Source: Monocercomonoides exilis PA203 (taxonomy: Eukaryota > Protista > Preaxostyla). From it: a DNA stretch of 64,000 bases. Made by a program: the position numbers and the translations under genes. This document shows positions 50,701 through 62,700 of this stretch, one piece after another. The notes below the pieces were generated by a model, which saw only the letters and a program-made list of their open reading frames with translations, made no database searches and was not told the origin of the DNA. Position 1 is the first letter of the stretch, and each line of letters opens with the position of its first letter. The stretch is taken from NCBI GenBank assembly GCA_001643675.2, contig LSRY02000026.1, forward strand, positions 620,001 to 684,000, given 5' to 3'.

Positions 50701-53700
50701 TTCTCCTATTTCAAATGCATTTCCACGTATTTCACCATCTTCTATGCAAAACATGAACAAAAACATGAATCCTTCTTCGTTATCTTCTTCTTCTTCCTCT
50801 TCTTCCACCACCACCTCCTCTTCTCTTCTTTCTTCTGCTGTGTCTTCTTCTTCTCTTCTCTTATCACCAGAACAACTTATGGAGATATTCCAACATGGAA
50901 TGGTTTCACCTGATGGCAGGCAAAGAACTAATGCTCCTTCTCTTTTTGTTATTCCTGCTAAAAGGAAAGAGGAAAAGGCAAATGTAACATCATCATCATC
51001 ATCAACATCTTCTTCTTCTTCTTCTTCTTCAAATTCTGATGTGTTAAATGCAAATAACATGAATATAACAAAGAACTCTTCTTCTTCTTCCTCTTCCTCA
51101 TCTCAGTCTCTTCTTATCCCATTGAAGAAGGGGACGATGAAGGAGAAGAGGAACGACGGGGCTATTCAGACAGTCATATCAGAGCTAACATCGATGCTGA
51201 TGGCAGAGCCAGTGGTGATGGAGATATTGAAGGAGGTTGGGAAATTGGACAGAGAAGAAAATGGAGAGAAAAAGGAAAGAGAAGAAAAGAAAGAAGAAGA
51301 AGAAGAAATTTTAGAACCAAGCAAAACACCTCTTAATTCATCTTCTTCATCTCTTTCTTCCTCTTCTCGCCGCATTGATGATGTCACCCTCAAACTGCGT
51401 TCTTCTTCAGATGCTCCTCTTCTTTCTCTCCACTTCCCTCTCTCTCTCTCTCAGCTGTCTGCTGGACACACCTTCTCACACCCCGAAACTTTGTTCTACA
51501 AATCATATGCTCAATACATTCAATCAAATAATCTTTCTTCTTCTTCCTCTTCCTCTTCTTCTCTTTCTTCTTCTTCTTCTTCTCTTTCTCCCTCTCCTTC
51601 TCTCCACCATCTTCTTCGTGTTCTTTCGTTCTACTCTTCTTCTGCCCCTCTCATTCGCATTCTTCCTTCTCAGCCTCGTTTAGAAGCCACACACGATGAG
51701 ACAGTCCATCTGAACTTGTCTGTCTTCTCTGACTTCAACACCGTCTTTGCGCTGATATTCAACAGCAGGGCAATGGAGGAGCTGAGGAGAGGAAGAGAAA
51801 GAGAAGAAGAAAGAGAAGGAGAAAGAAAAGAAAGAGAAGGAAATGAAGAATATAACAATGATAATCACGTCAATGACAATAAGACTTCACAGCCAGCCAA
51901 TCCAGCACTTGTCTTTGCCCAGTTCATTGTGAAGCTCCTCTGCACTCGTTCTCTCTCTCTCTCTCCTCTCACGTGCCTTCTCCCCTTCCGCCCTTCCCTT
52001 CCTGCAAAGTACCTCCTTCGTTTAAATTCTTCATCTTCGAATGCTTCTTCTTCCTCTTCTTCCTCTTCTTCTTCTCATTCGTCTTCCAATGATCTTATAT
52101 CTCCTCCCCCCGTTCCTCTCCTTGTCGATGCCTGTGCTGCTGACACCCCCCTCGCCATCCACAAAGTGCTCAACGACAGAAAAAGATTAAACTCCCGCCG
52201 TTTTGCTGCTTCTCACATGCCTCCGATTCCCTCTGTCTTTCCTCCTCTGCCTTCTTCTTCTTCTGCCAATCTGTTCAACCAGAAGGACTCCAACGGACCT
52301 TCTGCTCCGCCTGCAACTGTCAAACCTTTCTCGTTTTCTTCTTCCTCTTCCTCTTCTTCTTCTTTTCCTCCTCAAATGTCTCATCCTTCTCAACCAACCA
52401 GGCCACAAGCTGTTCCTTCCATCTCCACTTCACCAAACTCGCCTTCAAATGTTCCATTTCCTTTCTCTTCCTCTTCTTCATCCTCCTCCTCCTCTTCTTC
52501 TCATCCCTCTGTTCCTTCTCTTCCTTCTCTCCCTCGCCAGCTCACCCCCTCAGAACAGATATTCACTCCCAACCTCTTCCATGAAATGATCAGAGAAGAA
52601 GACGATGAAGAAGAAGGCAGCAGCACCATGTTGTCGTTTGCTGAGGCTGTTTTGCTGGCAGATGGATGGGAAGAAAGAGTGCATACACTTTACAAGATAG
52701 CAGAGGAGTTTGATAGGAAAGTGGCTGAGCAGAAGAAGAGGAAAGAAGGAAAAGAAGGAGAAGAAGAAAAGAAAGCAGATGAGAAGGAAGGTGACAATTC
52801 AACTAATCAGTTCTCCTCCTCCTCCTCCTCCTCATCATCATCATCTTCTTCTTCTTCATCTGAACAAGATCTACCAAATGTTCCTTTCACTCTTGTCAAT
52901 CCATACTATGCCTCGTGCGTCTCCTTCACTGCTGCTTTGAAGAAAGACATGGATGAAATTCCCTCAGTCAGTGAAATCATCCCACAATCGCCGTTTTTGC
53001 TCTCTTTGCCAGCTGATTACCGTCCTTCCACACACACACAGCATCTGACGATCTTCCTCATTGCCATCATTTTAAGAAGGATTCACTTTGAACACCCGTT
53101 CTCTATCCATCTCCCGATGCACCGTCTGTTTGCTCACATGATATCTCGTTTGTCTGTCACACTCACTTCACACGAGCTGTTTGGAGTTGGATGCGACAGA
53201 ACATCTGCCGCATTAGAGAAGGCGTCAATGCTCTCCAATTGCAAGAATACCATCAGTGGCTCATTTGTCTCGATCACCAGGGCATTCAATGCTGTTAAAA
53301 ACACACACAATAAATTTTCTCTGTCAAATGTGCTTCCTCCTTCTGTTGCTCTTGTTGTGGTGCAGCCAATCATGTTCATTCGGTTAGCATTTGCCCAGTT
53401 GTATTCAGGAATGTGGCGAGACAACGGCTTTTCTGTTGAGCCTCTGGCTGTCTTCTACTTCCGCCACACACTTTGGAACAAGTGGATCAATCCAGACACG
53501 TTTACGATGCAGGTGGCGGTGTGTGCTGCTGGTTGGAGCAAGTTCATGACGCTGCTGATGAGTGTGTATCATCTCGAGTACTTCTTCCTGCCTCCTTGGT
53601 TCTGGAGGAAGGCTGTGATGGGAGGAGGAGAAGAAGGAGAAGGAAAAGAAGTGAATAATGGATGCAACAAAGGAAATAAAAAAGCTTCTCTTTCTGTTCG

Positions 53701-56700
53701 ACCTCCTCTCCTTCCCCGAAAGATTGAGCGTGTGGGCATCCGATGGGCAATGGAGAGTGAAGACATGATTGAATTTGCCTCGAATTTCCTGTCTCTTCTT
53801 GTCTCTCTGTGTGTTGATCGCTCTCTCCCACACACAGATGCCATAGACAGGGTGTCTGCTGCTGTGTGTGGGGCTGAGTGTGAGTGTGGATGTGGATGCG
53901 GATGCAAAGAGTTGTATGCCAAGCACATGACACTCACACATCCGTCACCGAATTCAGGTGACAAGCCAACAAAGACAGAAGTTGTGGCGCTGAGGTTGAC
54001 AGAAGATTACGATGACTTCTTTGACAAGATGTGTGTGTGCAAGAAGTGCAAATGCAGTGGAAGCAGAGCTTGTGCTGATGGAGGAGGAGAAGGAGAAGAA
54101 AAGAAGAAGATAACACCTCTTCTTGATCTCGATGCTCAACCAGTTGTTCCCTTCACTCCTTTCTGCCTCGCCTCCAACATCGCTCTTGCCTTGTCCACAT
54201 CCCCAAAAACGTTACGCCATCTTCTTTCTGTCCTCCCTTCAACATACCCTTCTCACCCTCTCTTCTACCCCATCCTGCACAGCCTGTGTGACCTGAAGAG
54301 AGGAAGAAAATCGCTTTTTGTGCTAAAGAAAGAGAAGTGGGCATTGGTTGATCCATTCCACTTGCATCTGACACACATCGAGAGGCAGGAGACAATCAAT
54401 CGTGTTGGCAAGCAACTGCTGAAGTGGAATAGAAGCGATTATCAGAGCGTGATTATCACTGAGGATGATGAAGAAGATGAAGATGAAGAAAACATAGAGG
54501 AAGAAGATGAAAACGATCAAAACACAGAGAAATCAACAGCCTCTTCCAAATCCCATTCAAAACGCTCCGTTTCTCTACGCAATGTTCCATATGAGATCCT
54601 GCGGCGTCCGAGCGTGCCGCCTCCTCTGCCAGGCCTTCCTCACCCTCATCACACACACCCTCTTCTGTCAACTCTGATGGACATCTGCTGCTCTCGTGTG
54701 GTGTTGGGAATCATCTGGTATGTTCTGCATGTTGCTCTGCATGTAAACAAGCACCAGATAATCAGAATGGAAGAAGAGGAGAACAAGGCAAAGATGGAGC
54801 TTGCAAAGAAAGCTGCTGCTGCTTCTGCTGCGTTGCAGGAAGGCAGTGCTTCACGTGCTGGCTCTTCTGCTTCGCTTTCTGGAATGCTTCAAGGAATATC
54901 CAATGCTAACATGGCTTCAGGAAATGAAGGAAAAGATGAAGAAGCAGAAGACGAAGAAGGAGAAGGAGAAGATAGTGATCCACTGAACAAGAAACCCAAA
55001 TCTCTTGCATTGTTCACTCTCTCTGACTTGTCTTCCTTGCCTCGCCCGTTGGCACCTGAGGGCTTTTCAGTGGAAGACAAGATGATGGCACGTGAGTACA
55101 ACCGCCCTGACAGAAAACACACAGCCTCGTGGAGATCTGCTTCGCAATCAGTCCGATCTTCAGACAGAACACCTTCTTCTTCTTCTTCTTCTTCTTCTTC
55201 TCCACTGGCCTCATCTTTGCCTCCCTTTTCGACATTCGAGTCGCCAAAGACAGCTGCCTCGCCTTCGACAACTGCTCCGCTTTCAACAATGCCTACACCA
55301 AATATGCCAAATGCTTCTGTTTCTTCTTCTTCCACTTCCATTTCTTCTCTTTCTTCTCCCTCTGGACTGCCTCCTTCACAAGAAGCACTCTCAAAGACGC
55401 TGACCACATCTGCCCCAGGCTTTGCTGCGTCTCCATCTGCATTGGCATCCCCTGTGAAAATCACCCCCCGCTCCTCATCTCCCTCACGCCGAGGCATTTC
55501 TCCCTCAAAATCTCTATCTCCTTCATATGGCTCTTCTTCTTCTTCTTCCTCCTCCTCTTCTTCTTCTTCTATTTCTTCCATGCGTCGTGCTGCCTCTCCC
55601 ACTCGTGTGAGAAATTCTCCTGTCTCTTCGCTGGCTGCGCCTTCTTCTCCTCGTCAGGCTGCTCCTCGCCCAGCCTCGCCAAAAGTGCATCATCAGACTG
55701 AAGAAGAGGCAGACGCTGCGAAGCTGCAGGAGGCGATGGAAGGGAAGACAAACACACACAAACAGAATGTGACCGGAAGAGAAGCATCAAACAAAGGGAG
55801 CAATGCTCTGTCGGAACCAGCAGATCCCTTTGCGTTTGTGTCGCAGTGTCCGAACGTCATTCCGGATGTTGATTTTATGCGGAACTCGACTGAGCAGATG
55901 CTGCTGGCTGTGCTGCGGCTGTTGGACACGACGCTTTCTTTCTCTACACAGTGGCATATTCCTCAGAGAAGAGGAGAAAGAAGAGAAGGACAAAAAGAAG
56001 GAGAGGAGGAAGAAGAGGAAGAAGAAGCATCTCAACCGTATGTGGATGACGAGACAAGAAATCCTGTTGCATTGCCATGCCCTGCTCACTCTACACTTCT
56101 TGATGCTCTGTTCTATCAGACACATTGTTCTTGTCTGATTGACGAAGAGCAGAAGAAGAGAGAGAAGGAATTTAAGAGAAGGAGGATGATGTGGGAGCCT
56201 GCTGCTGCTTCTCCTTCTCCTTCTCCTTCATCATCATCATCATCTTCTTCTTCTTCTTCTGAAGAAAAAGAAGAAGAGAATTCCAACAAAGATGAGAAAT
56301 CACCTTTGACTCATCTGTCTATTGCATCTATGCTCTTCCAACTGTATGTGCTGATCAACCCACCCGCAGCTATTCCTGTGCCTCCTTCTTCTCTTTCCTT
56401 CCATGCCGATGCAAGAGCAACAACCACATCTTCTTTGTTCACTTCTCCAATCATTCACCCTCTTTTGTCTCGCATTCTGATCAGATTGAGATTTTTGGCT
56501 TTTCTTTTCTATGCGCCTGAGAAGAAAAGCAGAAGAAATGGTGATTTTGCTGAAGGAAAGAAGAATTTGAGCAAAAGAGAAGAGAATCTGAGGCAGATTG
56601 GAGTGATAATTGAGAGGAGAAAGCCAATGGCTGCATTGACTGATGGATTGGATGCTGCTTCTTCAGAGAAAATGATTGAATCAAAGAAAGAAAAAGACAT

Positions 56701-59700
56701 TTCAACAGAAAAATCAGAAGCAAAAGAAGATAAAGCAATTAAAGAAGAAAAAGTGAAAGAAGAAAAAGAAGAAAAAGAAGAAAAAGAAGAATCTCAAACA
56801 GGATTAAAAACAGTTCCAAGCGAAGTGAATGAACAAGATGCAGCAGAGAAGACGGCGCTTGTGCTGAGCAAGAAGGAGACAGGGCATTTGTGCTGCTTCT
56901 GCCAACAGGCCATCAAAAAGGGTGACAGAGCAGGATTCGCCTCTTTTGTGGACTATACGCCTTCACTTCAAGCACTAAATTCATCAGCCATTTATCATTT
57001 GAGAGAGGAGCAGAAGAAGATGGAGGAGGAAGAGGAGGAGGAAGAGATGATGGCGAAGATTCATCTCAAGCACAATGGAGGGAAAGAAGGTGAAGAGAAG
57101 AATAATAACATTTCTTCTTCTTCTGATTCATCTGATGAAAAGAAAGAAATTCAATCAACTGGACACAAACAGATGGAATGCCCGTATTGTCATCGGATGT
57201 GCCAGTGCAAGCTGAAGAAGCTGGAGGAAATGAAAAGACAACTCGAAAAGGCAGAAAAAGGTGAGAAAGACGGAGAAGGAGAAGAAGGGGAAGAAAGCGA
57301 AGGGGAAGATGTGAAAGTGAAGAGGAAGTTCTATTGGGAGAATTGGAAACAACTGGATGAGAAGAAGGAGATGGAAATACGGAGGAGGAAGAAGAAGAGA
57401 AGCGAGAGAAAGAAATCTGAAGCGAAAAAGGCAGAAAAGTGCAAAGAACAAGAAAACAATACAGAGCAAAAAGGAGAAATGTCTCATTCACAAACAGCAG
57501 AAGAACACGAACAAACAGAAAAGCCACACAAAAAGAAAGAAAGAAGCCGAAAAGAAACGAAAGGCAAAGAGAAAAAAACTATCAAAGCGAAAGAAGCGCT
57601 GAAGAAGCCACACAGACGATTGAGAGTGGGCGAAAGAGACACAGAAAAGACAAAGAGTGAAATGCAGCTGTATCGGAAGTACTTCCAAGGGGATGCAGGG
57701 AATGAAGAGGAAGAAGAAGAGGAAGGAGGAAATGTTGATAGCGAAGAGAAGAGGAAAGCGGAAGAGAGGAGGAGAAGAAGAAGGATCAGAAGGAAGAGGA
57801 GAGAAGAGGCAATGCAGAGGGAGATGGAGAAGAAGAAGGCGATGAAGAAGAATGCAGCGTCAGCTGCTGGAAAAGGAGGGAAAGGAAGGGAAGAAGGAGA
57901 AGATGATGATGAAAGTGGACATTCTTCCCTTCTGGAAACACCAGATGGCTCAGAAGACAACATGTTCAGTGATGAATACGAATATGAAGGAGAAGAAGGG
58001 AGGAGAGAAGGGAGAGGAGGAAGGAGAGGGAGAGGAAGAAGACACAGAAAGGGTGATTTGGATATGCCTCAGCTGCCTGCTGATCTGCTTCCATCGCAAC
58101 AGCCTTATGATGAGGAAGATGGCGATGAGGAAGGAGGCGAAGGGAGAGAAGGAGAGAGCGATGAACTGAGCCACAAGGCAGCAGAAGAAGGGATGCGTGG
58201 AAGAGGCAGCGATGATGATGATGAGGATGATGATGAACTGCCGAGGAAAGAAGGAGAGGAAGACGAAGAAGATGATGACAACTGGGATGAAGAAGAAGAT
58301 GAAGACGATTTGTTCAGCAGCTCAGCCGATGCCACATCAGACTTCGAGTTTGACGATGGGATTGCGTATGACTATGACGATGAGCTTGGGCTGTTTGAAG
58401 ACGAAGGCGTCGAAGATGAGAATTTGGAGCGTCTTTTGGAAGAGACGACGGACGAGGAGGAAGAAACAGAAGATGAGACAGACTTTTCAAAGGGGACGAT
58501 TGGGAATGAGATGTTTGAGACAGATATTGGTACAGATAGTGACTTTGACAAAGGAGGAAGATTCACACAGGGCGATTCATCTTCTGCTGAAGGAGACGCC
58601 TTGTATGCTGAGCAGCCACCGACAATTCATTCGGCGCTGTCATCTTCGAATGAAGATGCACTGACTTCTTCTTCTTCTTCTGGCTCTTCTTCTGGTTCTG
58701 ATGCTGTTGCCATTGACTCTCAGCAGCCACTTCCTCTACCATTTGAGCAGAGTGTCACATCCACAGGCGACATGAGAGGGCTCCCCATTTCTCTCTCGTC
58801 TGCCCAGCAGATGTCTCGTGCTGAATGCACCGCTGTCTCTGTGCCCACTCGCCTCTTCCCCGTCAAGCGCTCTCTGAACCTGCCTCCGTCAAACACGACG
58901 AATGTGCCTTACACAGAGCTGGGGCTGGCGATGAATGATTCGCAGGAGAACTACTTCCTGGGGAAGAAGAAGGAGCTGATTGATGCACAGTTCAGAAGAG
59001 AACGAGAGAAGGACAAGAAAGTCAAACGCATTCGAATGTTCCATTTGAGGCAGCTGCGCGAAAAGAAGCAAGCACAGCTATCTGATCTGTCTGCAGACAC
59101 ATCCACCTCAAACTTCCCCTTCTCAGAAGACGAAGAGGAACTTCTGGATGTCTGCTCCAGCCGGATAAACTCACCCACACATTCTGTGTGTTCCGTAAGC
59201 ACCCACAACACATCAGCTTTTCCTCCTTCTGTCCTTTCGCCTGCACTCACCACTACATCTTCTGTGGTTCTGCCTGGCGGAATGTGTGAGTCAGTTGCCA
59301 TTCCACTGAAATCGGAGTGTTTGTCAGCGTTTGGAGGGCCGATGCGTCTGCCACTGTTTCCTCCGCCAGAAGGGACAGTGAGGCCCGCAAGAATAAGTGA
59401 GAAGGAGAAGAAGAGGAGGAGTGCAAAGGAAAATCCAGAAGCAAGCGAAAAGGAGAAAATGGAGAAGCTGAGAAGGAAGCTGGAGAAGGAGATGTGCTGC
59501 TGCACGTGTGAATGTGAGGAAGGGTGTGAGTGTGGATGCAATGAGTACATCAAATCACTCCAAACAGCTTCTTCATCACACAATGGAAATTGCTGTGAGG
59601 CAAGCAAAGCTGCAATGAATGCGAAGTCAGCGCGCTTCTTTGCCTCGTCGTGCTGCCCGCCTTCGCTGAGTGTGGGAACGAAGAGCGACTTGTGGGGCAA

Positions 59701-62700
59701 TCTGGGTGAGATCCACGGGACAGAGGCGAACGAGAGGATGAACACAGATCTGAAGAACAGAAAGAAGAGAGAGAAGAAGCAGAGGACGAAGGCATCGAAG
59801 GGGTCAAGGATGATGAATATTACGATGGAGCTGGATGAAGACGAGCAATACAAAGACGAAGAGATCATCGTCTTTGAAGCACCAAACACAGTAGATCCAT
59901 TTGTATCGAATGTGGCATTCCCGTTTGTCACACGAGAAATGAAGACGAAGCTGCGTGTTGAGAAGAAAGCAGACCCACAGCCGACCATTTTGGCATGTCC
60001 AACACCTGTCAAATCGGGCGCACAATCACTTTCCACGCGAAGTGAGTCTGTCTTGTCTCTGCAATCGCAGGCATCACATTCATCATCTCAGCCTGTCCCG
60101 CCAGTTGCTGTGGATGTGAAGCAGTCCTTCTTCGTGTCGACGTGCGGCCACATTATGCACTCTGAGTGTTTGTCGCATCTGCTCATGGCGAACGGGCGGA
60201 TGCCACGCGAAGGGCAGATGGCAGGCAGGTTGGACGAGAACAGCGCCCACTCCACATTCCCACTGGATGCACAGTCACTCGAATTCCAGTGCCCGTTCTG
60301 CGGGAAGCTGTGCAACACACTCCTTCCCTTGATTGACGGAGTGGCACGCGACGACGCTGAAAGCAGTCAGATCAAAATATCATCGAAAAAAGCCGAGAAT
60401 TCATCAAAAGAGAAAGAGACTATTGTCCCAGTGCTGCCAGTTGCCCACAAAAATGATGGGTTCATTTCGATGTTCCTCCGAGCAACAGACACACCATTTG
60501 AGCACACACTGAACATTCTGATGTCTGAAGAAGCACCGACTCTTCAGCTTCCATTCACTTCTCTCTCTCGCACCTCCATTGACAACATCACCCTCTTCGC
60601 CACACAACTACTGCGCATCAACAAGTCTCTGGAGTCCATGCCGATTTCGAGTGTGCTCAAGTCAGCCACTCAAGCTGCCTCTGCTGCTGCAAGTGCGCTT
60701 CTTGCCTCGTCCACCCCTGTCGCCCAGCCGCCGACACCTGCCACACCGTTTGTGCTGTCTAAGAAGCAGAAGGTGGCAGCTGTGATGCGCCATCTGTGTC
60801 CAGAGCCTGTCTTGTTTGCACTTTCGCACCAGGCCATTCCATTTGGCGAGGCATCGATGCAAGTTGTGCAGCTGCACCACTTCTCGCAGATTGTGCTGTC
60901 ATCTAACATATCTTCCCTGTCTCCTGTCTCCTCTCCTCTCCTTTCTGCTGCATCGGATGTGCCTGAGCCGCTTTCAGTGCCGATGCCGTCGTGTGACTTC
61001 GACCAACGTGCTCTGAAGTTCATCCAGCACAACATCACATCTGCGCTGAAGAAGATGATTCCGGCTGAGCTGAGCGAGGAAGCAGGAAGAGAGACATTCA
61101 ACTGGGTGGAATCTCCCTCAGCAATGCAGCAGACAGGAACAAAGCTGCAGGAGCTGGACGATCTCTATTTGGAGCTGATTGCGCTGGAGAGAGCGATGAA
61201 AGGAGTGAAGAGATTCGACTCATACTCTTCTTCTCCACCTGCTGCGCTGATGAGCAGCTTTTTGGGGCTGATGCATCGCTTTGCAGCGTCTGCACTTTCA
61301 TCCACGCAATCTGTCTTGATGCCATCTTCTTCGTCTTCCTTGTGTCTCCCGCAGTCATTCCCAGTGTCTGACAGAGAGCGCAAGCTGTCCATTCAGCACC
61401 CGCTGATACTCGGCATGCTGCACACACTGGCATCGATCGAGTGGTCGCTGCGTCCTCTGCCTCTGCCTCTGCCTGAGGGAGGCGGCGGAGCAAAGGGATT
61501 TGACGATATTCTGAATGAGGCACGGGTGAAGGAGGCAGAAAGGAAAGCGAAGGCAACAAAGGAAGGCAAACAGGCAGAGTCCTCGCAAGCAACTTCAGTC
61601 AGCGAGAAAGTGAAGCATCAAACAGCTGAAGAATTCTTCACATCATCTTTGACCTACTCATCGGCCATGCTGTGCTGGGCAGAGCAGATGAAGTCGTCGG
61701 TAGCATATTCCACACGCAAGTTCGAGCTGTCTCTCAACCAGCGCCTTGTTCTGACGCAGATGTTCCAGGCAGTCACAGCAGTGGCACTGGAGGCTGTGCG
61801 GCAGATTGGAGTGGAGAAGGAGAAGGCAGCGAAGGAAGGGAGTAGCACAGCAGCTGAAGTTGAGCAGCGGATGACTGATTTGGTTGAGTCTATCTTCAAA
61901 GAGGTGCGAATGATGCAGATCAGCGCTGAAATCATGAGCGTGCTGCACACAATGCGAAAGAAGGATACAGAAGTCGTTGAGGCAGCAATGAATGGAGCAA
62001 CAACAGAGTATTCATCGACTCTTTCTCCAAACTGCCCACCACTGTCTTCCCTGATGCTCTCCATCTGCTCCTCTTCTGATTCTTCTCCTCTTCCCTCTCC
62101 ACTTGCTTCATGCATTTATTCTCTCTCTTCGTTTGTGGGGAGTGATCCAACACATCTCCTCCTCCTCCTCCTCTGCATCTCCTGCATGGTTCCAACACTC
62201 CCTGCGTCTCTTCTCCCTTCAGTCAACAACTCGCTGGCTGCCCTGTTTCCCTCTCTTCCACAGTCAGATGCTTTGCCATTCAATACTTTTGAGTCTCATC
62301 CTCCTTCAGCCACACAATGGACTTTCCGACCGATCACTCCTGCTCTTTTCTCGCAGTGTGTGTTCATTGTATTGTCTACAATCCCTGGATCGCTCTATTT
62401 CTTTGCATCCGACGCATTCATTGCCTCGATGACAGATAAATCAGCATCTGCTTCTTCTTCTGCTGCTGCCACTGCTGGTGTAAGTGAAAGGGATGAGAGG
62501 AAAGCAAAGATTAGCGCAGAGCAGGTGAAGAAGTCAGCAGCATTTTCGTTTGCGCGCTCTGAATTCTTCGACCTGGAGGCGTATCTTTCTCTGTCGCCGT
62601 GGTTCGACAGACGGAACGGCGCAATTGTGGAGATGACATTTCTGCGGAGGGCGTTTCTGCTGTTTTCTGCTCTTTTCCCAACGACAGAGCTTGCACCTCA

